Assembly: GCA_037447605.1 (NCBI GenBank)
Contig: CM074807.1
Location: 2,428,327 to 2,492,326, forward strand
DNA length: 64,000 nucleotides
Direction of reading: 5' to 3'
Source of the DNA: Zygnema circumcarinatum SAG 698-1b
Lineage: Eukaryota; Plantae; Zygnematophyceae
Part shown: piece after piece, positions 12,571-23,053 of the stretch
How the letters are laid out: every line of letters starts with the position of its first letter
How positions within the stretch are numbered: the stretch's first letter is position 1
Notes under the pieces: generated by a model
The model's database searches: none
Told to the model about the DNA's origin: nothing
Seen by the model: only the letters and a program-made list of their open reading frames with translations
Program-made: the position numbers and the translations under genes

Positions 12571-13236
12571 GACTCTCAAGTGAGAAGGCCTGAAAGGGAA
12601 GAGGCAGCTGAAGAGAGCTCACCTGAGAGATCACCTTCATGGACACACTCCTGCCTCTCCACACCATTGAGAGCCCTTGGTTTCCTCCTGCCTGCCTCCA
12701 CCTCCTCCTTTACCCGCTTACACCATCCTGCAATGACCATCATCCACCCCACCCATGGACTCCCTTCTGTCAAACGATTGGGTGCTGAGTTGACCCGCTG
12801 CCCATCACTCACCTCTAAGGTTGCGTGACATTTCAACCTGCCTTGTCCAAAATCCCCCATCACTTCTGAAGCGGATGCTCAAGCCCGGATCGCCGAGATT
12901 GCAACTGCCCTTCGCAGGCTCCCTGTCAACCGAAGCGATCCTCATTCTCATCCTCTGCCATTCCTCCCTGCCAATGTCACCGGCGCCAGTTCCTCGGGCA
13001 CGGCTCCACCGGTCGCCACCCCTGTCCGAAGAACTTCAGTCATCCCTCCCTCCACGGGTCATCCCTTGGGATCCCTGCCTGAGGAGGAAATTGAAGATCT
13101 CAATGAAGAGGAGCCCAGCGCACAGCCAGAGCCGACGCACCGCTGACCCCCAAGAGATGCAGGTCATCCACTCTGACTCTGCTGTGACCCCGCTTCCAAT
13201 CCCCAAGCAGCTGATTGCCACCATCTCCTCGAGAGG

Positions 13237-16200
13237 TTGCCTATCCCTGTATTGAAAATTGAATGTTTATCACTCACTGGAGACAAGGCTAAGATCGGCA
13301 TTACCTTGTCACAGTTGATGCAGCTTGTACCAGGTGCTGCCGCCGTAGTTCGAAAGCTAGCCGACAGTGCAGAGGCCACCCTGCGGCCTCCCACGGTTCC
13401 TATGGCATCTCCTCCGGACGTCCCCTCGCCGGCCGATATCCACCACATGGCTACGGCGCCTCCGCCGGACCCAGTCCGCTCCCCTCGCCATCCTCCTCGC
13501 CAGATTCAGATCCTCCCTCTCATCCCAACGCCCAACGTGCGGATCATTGTCAATGTATGGCTCAACGGTCATCCCAGCAAAGCCATGATCGACACGGGGG
13601 CTATGCGCACAGTTCTGTCCAAGCCTGTGATGAAGGCGGCAGGGGTCAAGTTGGACAAGACGCTTGAGCCCATCCCCCGATATGTGGGAGTTGAAGGGAG
13701 CTTACATGAAGGATTGGGCAGCGCCCAAGTGGTCATCAGTCTTGGCGAGATGGGAGCCACAGTGAATGCAGTCATCATGGCCGCTGAACACTATTCTATC
13801 CTGCTGGGCTCAGATTGGCTCATCGCGATGGGAGCACAAATCAACTTTGCTACATGTCAACTGCACCTATCTGCTGGCGGGACAGACTGCTCCTTCCCCA
13901 TCATCCTCAGTCCCTTACCACCTCCGCCTTCCCAAAGCGCCACGCCACGGCGCAGGTCTCCTACCCGGAGATCACCTTGTACCATTCGGTCGGCAGCCCC
14001 CATTCTTCTTATGGATCGGCCAATTCTGATACCGATGACGAGACTCCCCCTCCTGCTACTCCGAGTCCAGCTCTCGGGACGCCGACGGAAGAACTGTTGC
14101 CGCCAGCGCTGCCTGCACCCAGCTTTCCACCCCATGAGATCATCAGTGATGAGGAGTGGCTGGAAATAGAGGGGCAGATGCGATTAGGCCCTGCAGTCCT
14201 CTCAGACCCGATCAAGCATTCTCAACTACGCCAAGTGCTGCGCCGAAATCACCTAGTTTTCGCACGACATTCACTCGACATCGGCAAGACTCACCTGATT
14301 GAGCACCACATTGATACGGGGGATGCGCCTCCCGTGATGACCCTGACTCCCTACCGCTTTTCCGCCGCGCAGCAGGCCGACGTCGAACGACAGATCGATG
14401 AGAACGTGGCTGCCGGATTGATGGAACCTGGAGAAGGGCCGTGGGCCAGCCCGGCCGTTCTGCCCCCAAAGCCAGATGGTACACTCCGCTTCTGTGGGGA
14501 CTACCGGAAACTGAATGCAATAACGAAGTGGGATCCCTACACATTACCAGATGTGGACCTGATTCTCCACGGCGTCTCCCCTGAGGACNNNNNNNNNNTG
14601 GCTGCACATCATGGCTACCCTACGACCTAAGTTTGCACGATGGGTGATGAAGTTGGAGGAGTATAATGTGCTTAAGGTCACCCACCGTCCCGGCCGTAGT
14701 CACGGCAATGCTGACGGCCTCAGTCGCAATCCTTCGGCTCCCCTCCTCTGTCACGATCCGGCCGTTCCTGAACCCATCCCTCCACCCACCCTCTTGAACC
14801 CTGAGCATCTTCCCATTGAGATTTTTATTGCCGATCAAGACCTGCATGATGTCATATTCGCAGATGGGCTGATCGACATTCCGGCCACGGCCACCACCCT
14901 CCATCGCTGGGACCCTGACTTCACCCACGGCCACCCCCATGCGGATCCGTGGGAACTCCTCATGGATGACGATGGCGACGCTCCCTTACTTCCTCCCCAT
15001 TTCCCCAGCGCCAATGACGTCCATTCAGACTCCTCCCTTCTGCGCTACGTCATGACCCGCACATTGCCCCCCTTTGTCACGGATACCGAGAGGGCTCGGC
15101 TGCTCCGCCGCGCTCGGAACTTCTCTGTTGATGATGACGGACAGATTCTGTACCTCCCCTCTGGCCTTCCTGTTCCTTTCCCCAACGAACGCATGGAGAT
15201 TCTGGATGTCGCCCACGATTCCCAGCCCGGCGGCTTCCACCTTGGCCAGAAGAAGATGGTGGCCCTGCTTCAGGAGCGCTACTATTGGCCTGGCCTCCAT
15301 GGCGCGGTGAGCCGCTACATCGAAACCTGCACCCGCTGCCAACGCGGCAAGCGCTCTGCTCCCCCCGAACGCCAACCCCTGGAGATGGGTGAGATCCCAT
15401 ACGAGGCGCGCCGCTGAGATTGACATTGACACGCTCTCCATCCCCCAGCCCGGCACCCCCGGCTACATTTGAGCTTCCCCAGCCGTGACAGAGCACACCA
15501 AAATGGGACCTGTCACACCCAGGTACCCAAGCATCCCCATTCACTCTGCCGCTCCTTACGGCCATCATTCACCGTCGACTCTCTACCCTACTCCGCCCAA
15601 CTCACAAATGCACCGAATATAAGGGCATCCGCGCAAGCTCATGCAAGACTTCTGCATCATTCACCGCACCTCCAGCCCCTACTCCCCCTGGCAGAATGGG
15701 CTTGGAGAACGTACCATACAGACGGTCAAAGACGCGTGCGTTCGCGGCTGCGCGGAGCTCGAGGCGGACTGGCGCGAGGTCATCCCCTCCCTGGTCTTCA
15801 CGTACAACACCTCCGTTCACTCCTCCACTGGCTTCTCTCCCCATGAGCTCGCCATGCCGCAGCCCGCATTCCCTTGACCTCCTCTGCGGAGCCCCCTCTA
15901 CGACTACCGTGCCTCCCTGGATCGGCGCCCAGTTCATCTCCTGGGCCCTCCGCTTCCACTGGCATCCATGGCCTCCTACTCACCTCGAACGAGCGCACAG
16001 ACGACAACTCACCGACTTTGGGAGGCGCCGACGCGCTGCTCTCCCGCCCAATCAGGTCGCGCCACGTCAGCTCATTTGGCTCAGGAATCTTGCCAAACCG
16101 ACTCAACGGGCTTTTCCGTGGTTGGGCCCCTTCATTTGTGTCGGTCCGTCGGAGATCCCAGGTTGGGCCATCATTTCGGAGGGCCCTGACTCTAGTGGGA

Positions 16201-16277
16201 ACGCCCGGCGCTGGCGTTCACACTGGATCGACATTCATGCCGCCACGTCAGCAGTTCCTCCCCCCCGCGATGGCTGA
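13237..16277 (+). pseudogene. pol: pol of element A: PR, RT (cut by assembly gap), end of RNase H, DDE integrase with GPY/F, no chromodomain
   Basis: AMIDTGA protease; HIDTGDAPP...WASPAVLPPKPDGTLRFCGDYRKLNAITKWDPY RT; RWVMKLEEY...HRPGRSHGNADGLSR; AHD...HLG...YYWPGL...CTRCQ zinc finger; SPYSPWQNGLGER...YNTSVHSSTGFSPHEL integrase core; WLGPF. Confidence 0.9.
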
Positions 16278-16434
16278 GCGTTTGCGACCGACAGCGCGGT
16301 CTCCTCGTACCCCCTCTGCCATGACGACTCCTCATTGGTCCATTTCTAATTCCCGCCATTTTTTGCCGCTTCGCCAACATTGCGCCTGTCGGCCGTAACT
16401 TTCGATTTCGAATTTGTCTTACTCCCTCCTCCAC

Positions 16435-16887
16435 TGTAACAAACCTGCCAACTGCAAGGTTTGAACACAAGACCTCCCGGTACCCACACCAGTGCTTTAC
16501 CATTAAAAGGCAACCGCGGATGTAAATACTAGGCCATACAACACATGTATAGCGTTTCGCTACATTCCTCCCCACCTAAACCGGGCTCGTCCTCGAGCGC
16601 ACTCAAGGGTTTTCACGAGCAGCGTTCAAGCTCCTTCAACACATGGACTACGGCCTTAGCCCCTCAGGCCACTAAGGAACGGGTTCCGTACCATGCTCAG
16701 AGATCACGGTGTCTTTAGGGTGGATTACAAACACGGGGGCCGACGCTCTGACACCACTCGACCCACCTCCCCACTTGCAAGGTTTGAACACAAGACCTCC
16801 CGGTACCCACACCAGTGCTTTACCATTAAAAGGCAACCGCGGATGTAAATACTAGGCCATACAACACATGTATAGCGTTTCGCTACA
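16435..16887 (-). mobile_element. TRIM copy 1 (453 bp) with tRNA-like LTRs
   Basis: LTRs 16435-16564 and ~16757-16887, identical over 112 nt. PBS TGGTGTCAGAGC (rc of 16745-16756); PPT GGTTTAGGTGGGAGGAA (rc of 16565-16581); perfect 5-bp TSD TCCAC (16430-16434, 16888-16892). Confidence 0.92.
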
Positions 16888-17072
16888 TCCACCTCCGATC
16901 CTGCCGATACTCCCCATTGCCGAATGTACGCGGAAGCTTCTCCAGACGGCCGCCGACTCGCCTCACGCGGCCCCCCGTCCACGTCCTCATAGCTCCTCCC
17001 CTGCCCTTTGTCTCTTCTGCCTTGCGCCCGCAGGGGCGTGCGCTTGTTCCCCCCCCCGGCATGTGCTACAAA

Positions 17073-18088
17073 TGTAGCGTAACGGAGCTGCGTTCGACGG
17101 ATCCGCGCCCGTTCAGTTGTACTTGACATGTTCATATTCAGTGTCACGGACCGGCCTGATCCAGGAATTGCCGACGGAAAATGCGAGACGGCGGCGCCAT
17201 TTGTTGGTGGTTATCAGAACATACCATCCAGCTAGGCGTACTTTGGAGCGCCCAAATGCGCGATTGTCATCATTGTCTGATCGAAGGTTTTATGAAGTCA
17301 GTAGGTGCCTTTAATGGGTAGTTGGCTAATCAGAGGGCTGTCACTGCTAAGGCTCAAGATCTATTGTCAGTGTTAAGTAGATGGGATGTCAGTGATGCTT
17401 TTTTGTCTTTTAGTGCTGGGCTTAGTATTTGTATTTGCTGTGTGGTTTGTTGTCTTGTTCTTCTTTCTTCCTTCCTTCCTCTTCAGATACAGCAACAGAT
17501 GCGAAGAAAGAGAGAGAGAGAGAGAGAGAGTTCCATGCCATAGATAGAGAGAGAGAGAGAGAGAGAGAAAGAGTCTTCTTGCTGATAGCATTTAGACGTC
17601 CCATTCAGCCCAGTTAGACAAAGATTTCAGTGAGAAGACAATTTCATTGTAATGACATTCCCCAGCCAACCGCAGGCTGGGGTGAGTTTCCAAAATACCA
17701 CCTTTATCTAAGTTGTGTCCTTGTCTTCCTCTGCCTTCACTATGCCAAGTTTATCTTGTTTATCCTGCCTTGCATTGCTCTCAATGACCAATGATCACTA
17801 GAAGCCTAGCTAAGAGACTAGGCGAGGGAGAGGGGCAGGGGGAGGAGGGTCCCCAAGGAAGGGCTCTTTAGCATCCAAGTCGGCCGCCCGGTGGGAGCGT
17901 CTTGAGAATCCCCACGTCTTCGGCTAGCGGCGTACCTCACGAATCCCGATCCTGGCTGCAGCATGCTGCGAGGCAGACCCACGGCACCACCCCAGCCCTA
18001 CGTCGGTTTATTACGGTGGCTTCGGTGGCCGTGCGGCATAAAACTGGCTTCAGCAATCTCCTTTTAACCCCACTTATCTTGTGCTACA
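17073..18088 (+). repeat. 3' LTR of element A, including terminal TGTGCTACA
   Basis: Starts TGTAGCGTAACGGAGCTGCGTTCGACGGAT as at 2883; ends CCCACTTATCT + TGTGCTACA, followed by the TSD. Confidence 0.88.
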
Positions 18089-18760
18089 CCGTAACGGCTA
18101 GTACAGCTAGTACGGATAGTACGAACAGTACGAGCAGTACGGCTAACACACAGTTACCGTACAAAAAGGTGGTTTCGGCAAAATCGGGGCGAAATTCTTG
18201 GGGACGCACTCCTGGGGCAGTAAATGCAGGGGACCCACGGGAAGCGTAGATCAACTGGAAATGCGGATACGTACGGTACGACCTGGAACTTGCAGGTACA
18301 AAAAAGTGGTTTCGGCAAAATCAGGGCGAATCTTGGGAACGCACTTAAGAGGACAACCGCTCGCAGCCCCGCGCGGCCGCGAGCGACCGTCGATCTCCCG
18401 CGATCGCGGAGCGCAGTCCCCGGGTGCCCCGGCCTGCCGAACGCGCCGCAGCCCCGCGCGGCCCCGCCGCCGGTTCGGCGCAGCTCCGGAGGCCCAAGTT
18501 GTACGGACTTTGAACCACCCGGGCAGGGGTGCTTTTTTTGGGACCACCGTGGTGACTCCGCTACACATAAGAGTCCAGGCACCGCCGCCCGCCGCCTCCT
18601 CGCGGCGTTTGAAAAACCACGAAGACCACTCCGTCTCCAAGCGGCGACGTCGCCGTTGTGTTGCTCATAACGCAATAGCGGACGGGGGGCGACGGCCATG
18701 GAAAGTAAAAAAGCGATACGATACGATACGATATACGATATACAGTACGGACTGTACTCG
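18089..18760. mobile_element. Right part of the MITE nest split by element A
   Basis: 18089-18240 is the reverse complement of about 2223-2392; a second arm copy lies at about 18294-18350; GATAC repeats at 18713-18745. Confidence 0.7.
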
Positions 18761-21636
18761 CCGCCGCTAAGGGAGGCTTATGCGTGGTTTCTTTATCCTC
18801 TTCTCCTGAACGCCTTCCCCCCTCGCCGTCCGCCATAGGCCGAGCCTACCTGCCTGCGCCCCTCCCTCCCCTCCCCTCCCTCCTTCCTTCCCCTCGCCCG
18901 TCATTTCTCCCCAGTGATGGGAACGAGATCTACCCATTCTCGTTGTCCACCTTAGTTGTCAGAGTTGGATAGACAAATTGATCATCCAAGTTACCTTATT
19001 TGCAAAGATGGATCCACCTTACCGATGGAAGAATTATTGAGGATTATTTTTGCAAAGCCAAAAAAAACTGAGACTGACTTGGTGGCTGCAATGGAAAATC
19101 GGCGCAGCATACCAATTAATGGAAGGTATGTATTGATATGTACATTTTTTTGGAAAGAAATAATTGAGAAAGTTAATGTGTACTTTGTAAGGGTTCTTAT
19201 GTTTCAGGATTAGGGTTTAGGGTTTCGGGTCTCTCTTTCTCCCCCCCTCTTTGTTTGTCTTTGTCTTTTTCTCTGGGAACTCTCTTTTTCTCTCTCTTTC
19301 TTCCCTCTCCCCCCTTCTTTCTCAAGTTAAAGTATTTTTATTTTGCTTTGTTTTGCAGTGCAAATATGCAACAAGGTCGGTGTTTGATGACACAAACCAC
19401 TGTATTGCATTTTGTTAGCGTAAAGTAGTTAAGGACTTGTTGTACACTAAGTTGTTGGTACTAAGTTCTAAAGAGGGGTGTGCTCAAAAGTGTCCACATT
19501 GTACGGAGGGGCGTCTAGGCGACCGTACAAGTCTTTAAGGGGTGTGCGTATAGCGCGCGAGTCTGATTTGGCAAGGCAAGGCATCAGAATGTCGGTGGAG
19601 CCAATCAGTGGTACGGTTTGTAAAGCCAGGACCATGGGTGTACGGACATTGGTCGGTGGCGAGGCGCGGCGTGGCGGAGTCAGATGTGACGTGGCGCGAC
19701 GCGACAAATCGGGATGTGACGAGGCGCGAATCAGCGCGCGGAGCAGAACTGACGAGGTACGGAGTCAGCAATGATTCATTTGGAGGACAGTGGCGAATCG
19801 AAAGNNNNNNNNNNGATCGGGATAAGGGTCTTGCAAGGCGTAGCATGTGCGGCCGTGACGTGACAATGTCACTATTGGCGCCATATTGTATTTAAGGCTT
19901 AGATTGTTTGGTAGAAGTTAACCTTCTCGTGACTCACATTGGGAGTGAGGCTATCTTGCTTAGGGCCAAGGAGATAGTGGGAAGAGTTCAGCTTGTAGTG
20001 GGTGGTTTATTCACGTAGCTTGAGTGAAGGTGCTTGAAGCTTGGCTCTAGTGTTGTCAAGTTGTATTTCATCTTTATCTTAAGGAGTTTTAGGCTGGTGG
20101 CTTTCTCCTTACATTTTCATATTTCCGCTGAGTTGTTCTCTTGCATTTAGCGTGCTTTGTGTGATTGAGCAATTCATTGAAGATGTCGAGTTCTACCCAA
20201 GGTAGAGGAGAAGTGGCAGCCCCACCAAGGGAGGGCGCTGCAACAACACATTTACAAACTACCCTTTCATCATATGGCTTTGCAGTGAAGCAATTTATTG
20301 CTTGGTACAATCTAGTTCAACCACCACGCAAGTCAATCCTGTTGGTAATTCTACTGTGGTAATTCCATTGTGGAACCACTTTTGCCAGAGAGTTCTCCAT
20401 TGAGTTTTGAGGTCGTAGACATCTTCGCACTAGCAGTTCTTGAAGGGAATGCTCAAGACAGATGTAAGACTCAAATATTAAGGTAGAGAAAGCCCAATCG
20501 GGCGTAAAACTCAGTACAACAAATTTTAGCAAAAGTTTTTTACTCAATACAGGTTGTAGTTTATACTCAATGCAGCTTGTACTACCCCGCTTTCTTATTT
20601 CCCAGACTTGCAACACACCTTTCCCTTTTATTAAAGGTTTTACTTCGGCTTGTTACACACCCGCCATGTGTGCAAGGGGACCCTGTACACGAGCTGCTTA
20701 TATAGCAGGGGAGCACCACAAACCTTGATATGGTTTAGCGGTGGCTTCTTGTATTTGCTTGGTTTTTCAGGTGCAATTGCCTTCAGGCGCAGCCACCTCT
20801 AGGCGCCACCTTTCAGCGTGTCGCTTTCGGCACTTGTCTCTTTGCGTTGCGATCTTGATCCGCACGCGCGTCTATACAGCGCTAAATTTAGTGCCGTGTG
20901 AGTCTATTTTGGTTTGCGTTTGTGCCAAGTCAAGACTTAGCATTCCGCGCGCCCTCGCATTCGTTCGCATCTGTACACCCAAAATGTTGTTTCGCTTTTA
21001 CGCCTTGGAATTTCCGTCAGAACAATGTTCTGCGTGACTAGCCTTGTCGCTTTGTTGTTCGCGTCTAGTTTCTTATCCGCTAAAGACTATGCGCCAAACG
21101 TTGTGCGGCCTCTAGCCACGTACAACAAATCCCCCATGCAAAATATATAGTGTCTTATTTATTTTGGAGATACAATACAATAACAACGGTATTTTGTAAG
21201 CAAAGCCTTTAACAATGCATACAGGGATAAATACAATATTTTCATTGCAAGAGCAATAAAAAAAAACTTGTAAAAAAAATTGGATGATCGCGTGTCATTG
21301 GCTGTAAAAGTTAATGATCATACCAATGTCCAAGTTATTGCAGAGTTGTTGAAGCGTTCATTTACAAAATTTCAAAAAAAAAGAGTTACTTTTTTTTTGT
21401 CTTGTTTGTTTTTCTCGTTTTATGTTTTGGGGTTAGGGTTTTTTATTTTAGGTGTTAAGGTTTTAGGGTTTCTATCTTTCTTTTTTCCTTTATGTACCCT
21501 GCTCTTAATAGTTTTTTTTTTTGTCCATTAGTTCCATGCAAGGAACTGTAGTTTGTATACTTCAACTTAAAGACTATCAAAGGATGTTAATGCATATGCT
21601 TACTTTCCATAATGAAATATATTTGAAGTATGGCAG

Positions 21637-21765
21637 TGTAGCGAAATGCTATACATGTATTGTATAACCTAATACATACATCCGCGGTTGCCTTTTAATG
21701 GTAAAGCATTTAGGTGGGTACTAGGAGGTCTTGAGGTCAAACCCTGCTATATGGAGTTCGTTACA
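21637..21765 (+). mobile_element. Solo LTR of the tRNA-like TRIM family
   Basis: TGTAGCGAAATGCTA...TTCGTTACA aligned to the TRIM LTR; decayed TSD GGCAG/AGTAG; excision restores the host reading frame LKYGSMV. Confidence 0.88.
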
Positions 21766-22551
21766 AGTAGTATGGTGACTACTGCTAAGCAAATGCTGTT
21801 TCGTGGGGATGACCAAAGAAGGGTACGGCTATGTGATTTATTTATTCAAAATATGCCAAGTACTATTGTTGGTCCATCACAAAGTCAAGTTTTATGTATG
21901 ATTTTAGAAGAGGGGAAAAAAATCCTTATGGTGTTGTTGAATATGCATCTACATTCAAACATCGGGATCCTTTTATGTGCGCCCAAGGATGGGTAGCACG
22001 ATGGTTATTGTACAGGTTCAAAGTTTTAGAAAAGCCTGTACCTGACCTTTGAGGCAATGATGAGTAGTAAGTTCAATATTGTCCAATCAAGGAAGATGTA
22101 GATTACTTTTTAAAGAAAATGATACATGTAATATTCTTATTAACACAAATGCTTGTTGTAGAATGTGTATAGGTTCAAAACTTTCCTGTGGCCATCAAAA
22201 TATAGCACAGAGGATACCATAAGTCGTCAATCATATTCACAATTTATAAAAAATATTCTTCTTGAGTAAAAACTTCCTGTGATAAAAGTTTTGTACTTAT
22301 TCTGTGGATGCGCAATACATGAAGCAAGTATTCATCGGTTGTGCTAACAAAACAGTCAGGGGTACAGGGATGTAGGAGGTGCATTCAAATGGATCCATGG
22401 TGAACAATTATATCGGTTTTTTTTCTAGATAGGTTTGAATGGTGCTTGCAGGTTTTCACAAGAATAGGATGGAGTATTTTATTGAGCGTGCTTGTGTGAC
22501 ACCAAGCGAAACACTTGTGTCAAGCATCTTCCCTTTCCTTTTGAGGCTTAA

Positions 22552-23021
22552 TGTAGTGAAACGTTGTACATGTGTTGTACAGCCTAGTATTTACATCTGC
22601 GGTTGCTTTTTAATGGCAAAGCACTTAGGTGGGTATCGGGAGGTCTTGAGTTCAAACCTTGTTGTTGGCAGGTTTGCTACATTGGTATAAGGACCTAAGG
22701 ACCGGTATTCGCGATCCACCCCAAAAACACCGTAATCTTTGAGGATAATATGGCTTGGCTGACTGGTCATCAACCAATAATGACCAAAGGGTCTGAACCG
22801 TGGGGCGGCATGTGTTGAAGGAGTTTGAACGCAGCTTGTGAAAAACCTTGAGGGTGTGCTTGAGGACGAGCCTGGTTTAGGTGGAGAAAAATGTAGCGAA
22901 ACGCTATAGATGTGTTGTACGGCCTAGTATTTATATCCGCAGTTACCTTTTAATGGTAAAACACTTAGGTGGGTAATGGGAGGTCCTAAGTTTGAACCTT
23001 GTTGTTGGCAAGTTTGCTACA
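22552..23021 (+). mobile_element. TRIM copy 2 (470 bp, older)
   Basis: LTRs 22552-22681 and 22892-23021 (about 19 differences by manual count, mostly transitions). PBS remnant TGGTATAAGGAC; PPT GGTTTAGGTGGAGAAAAA; TSD CTTAA/CTTGA; internal region aligns with copy 1. Confidence 0.9.
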
Positions 23022-23053
23022 CTTGAAGCTGTTGTTCGTAAGGTAATATAATA

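Larger units (their letters stand above)
2883..18088 (+). mobile_element. Ty3/Gypsy LTR retrotransposon A (non-chromoviral), containing nested element B and a TRIM
   Basis: Termini TGTAGC...GCTACA with CCGT TSD (2879-2882, 18089-18092). Removing the element and one TSD gives GCGTAAGCCCGTAACGGCTAGTA, matching homologous empty MITE arms at about 2012-2035 and 2380-2402 (rc). ~1-kb LTRs, iMet PBS, gag-PR-RT-(gap)-IN order. Confidence 0.88.
20186..23044 (+). pseudogene. Decayed Crypton-like tyrosine recombinase (NDC10-II/CryptonF-type)
   Basis: Across frameshifts: SYGFAVKQFIAWY; LDDRVSLAVKVND; YLKYGSMVTTAKQMLFRGDDQRRVRLCDLF (in frame once the solo LTR is removed); GK-KNPYGVVEYASTFKHRD; KVLYLFCG (HxxR decayed); TGM*(W); SMVNNYIG; VLAGFHKNRMEYFIERACVTPSETLVSSIFPFL. 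Recognised by motif memory only. Confidence 0.7.

Noticed and set aside
16453-16520. Functional tRNA genes at the TRIM LTRs
   Set aside because: The acceptor stem does not pair, the anticodon loop varies among copies, and each copy lies inside a TG...CA LTR; treated as tRNA-derived only.
16278-17061. env-like or extra ORF after pol of element A
   Set aside because: No coherent ORF once the TRIM is removed; the listed ORFs are TRIM read-throughs.
2883-18088. Classifying element A as DIRS/PAT/Ngaro because of the split repeats
   Set aside because: It encodes a protease and a zinc-finger/DDE/GPY-F integrase, has an iMet PBS and makes a TSD; no tyrosine recombinase is inside it.
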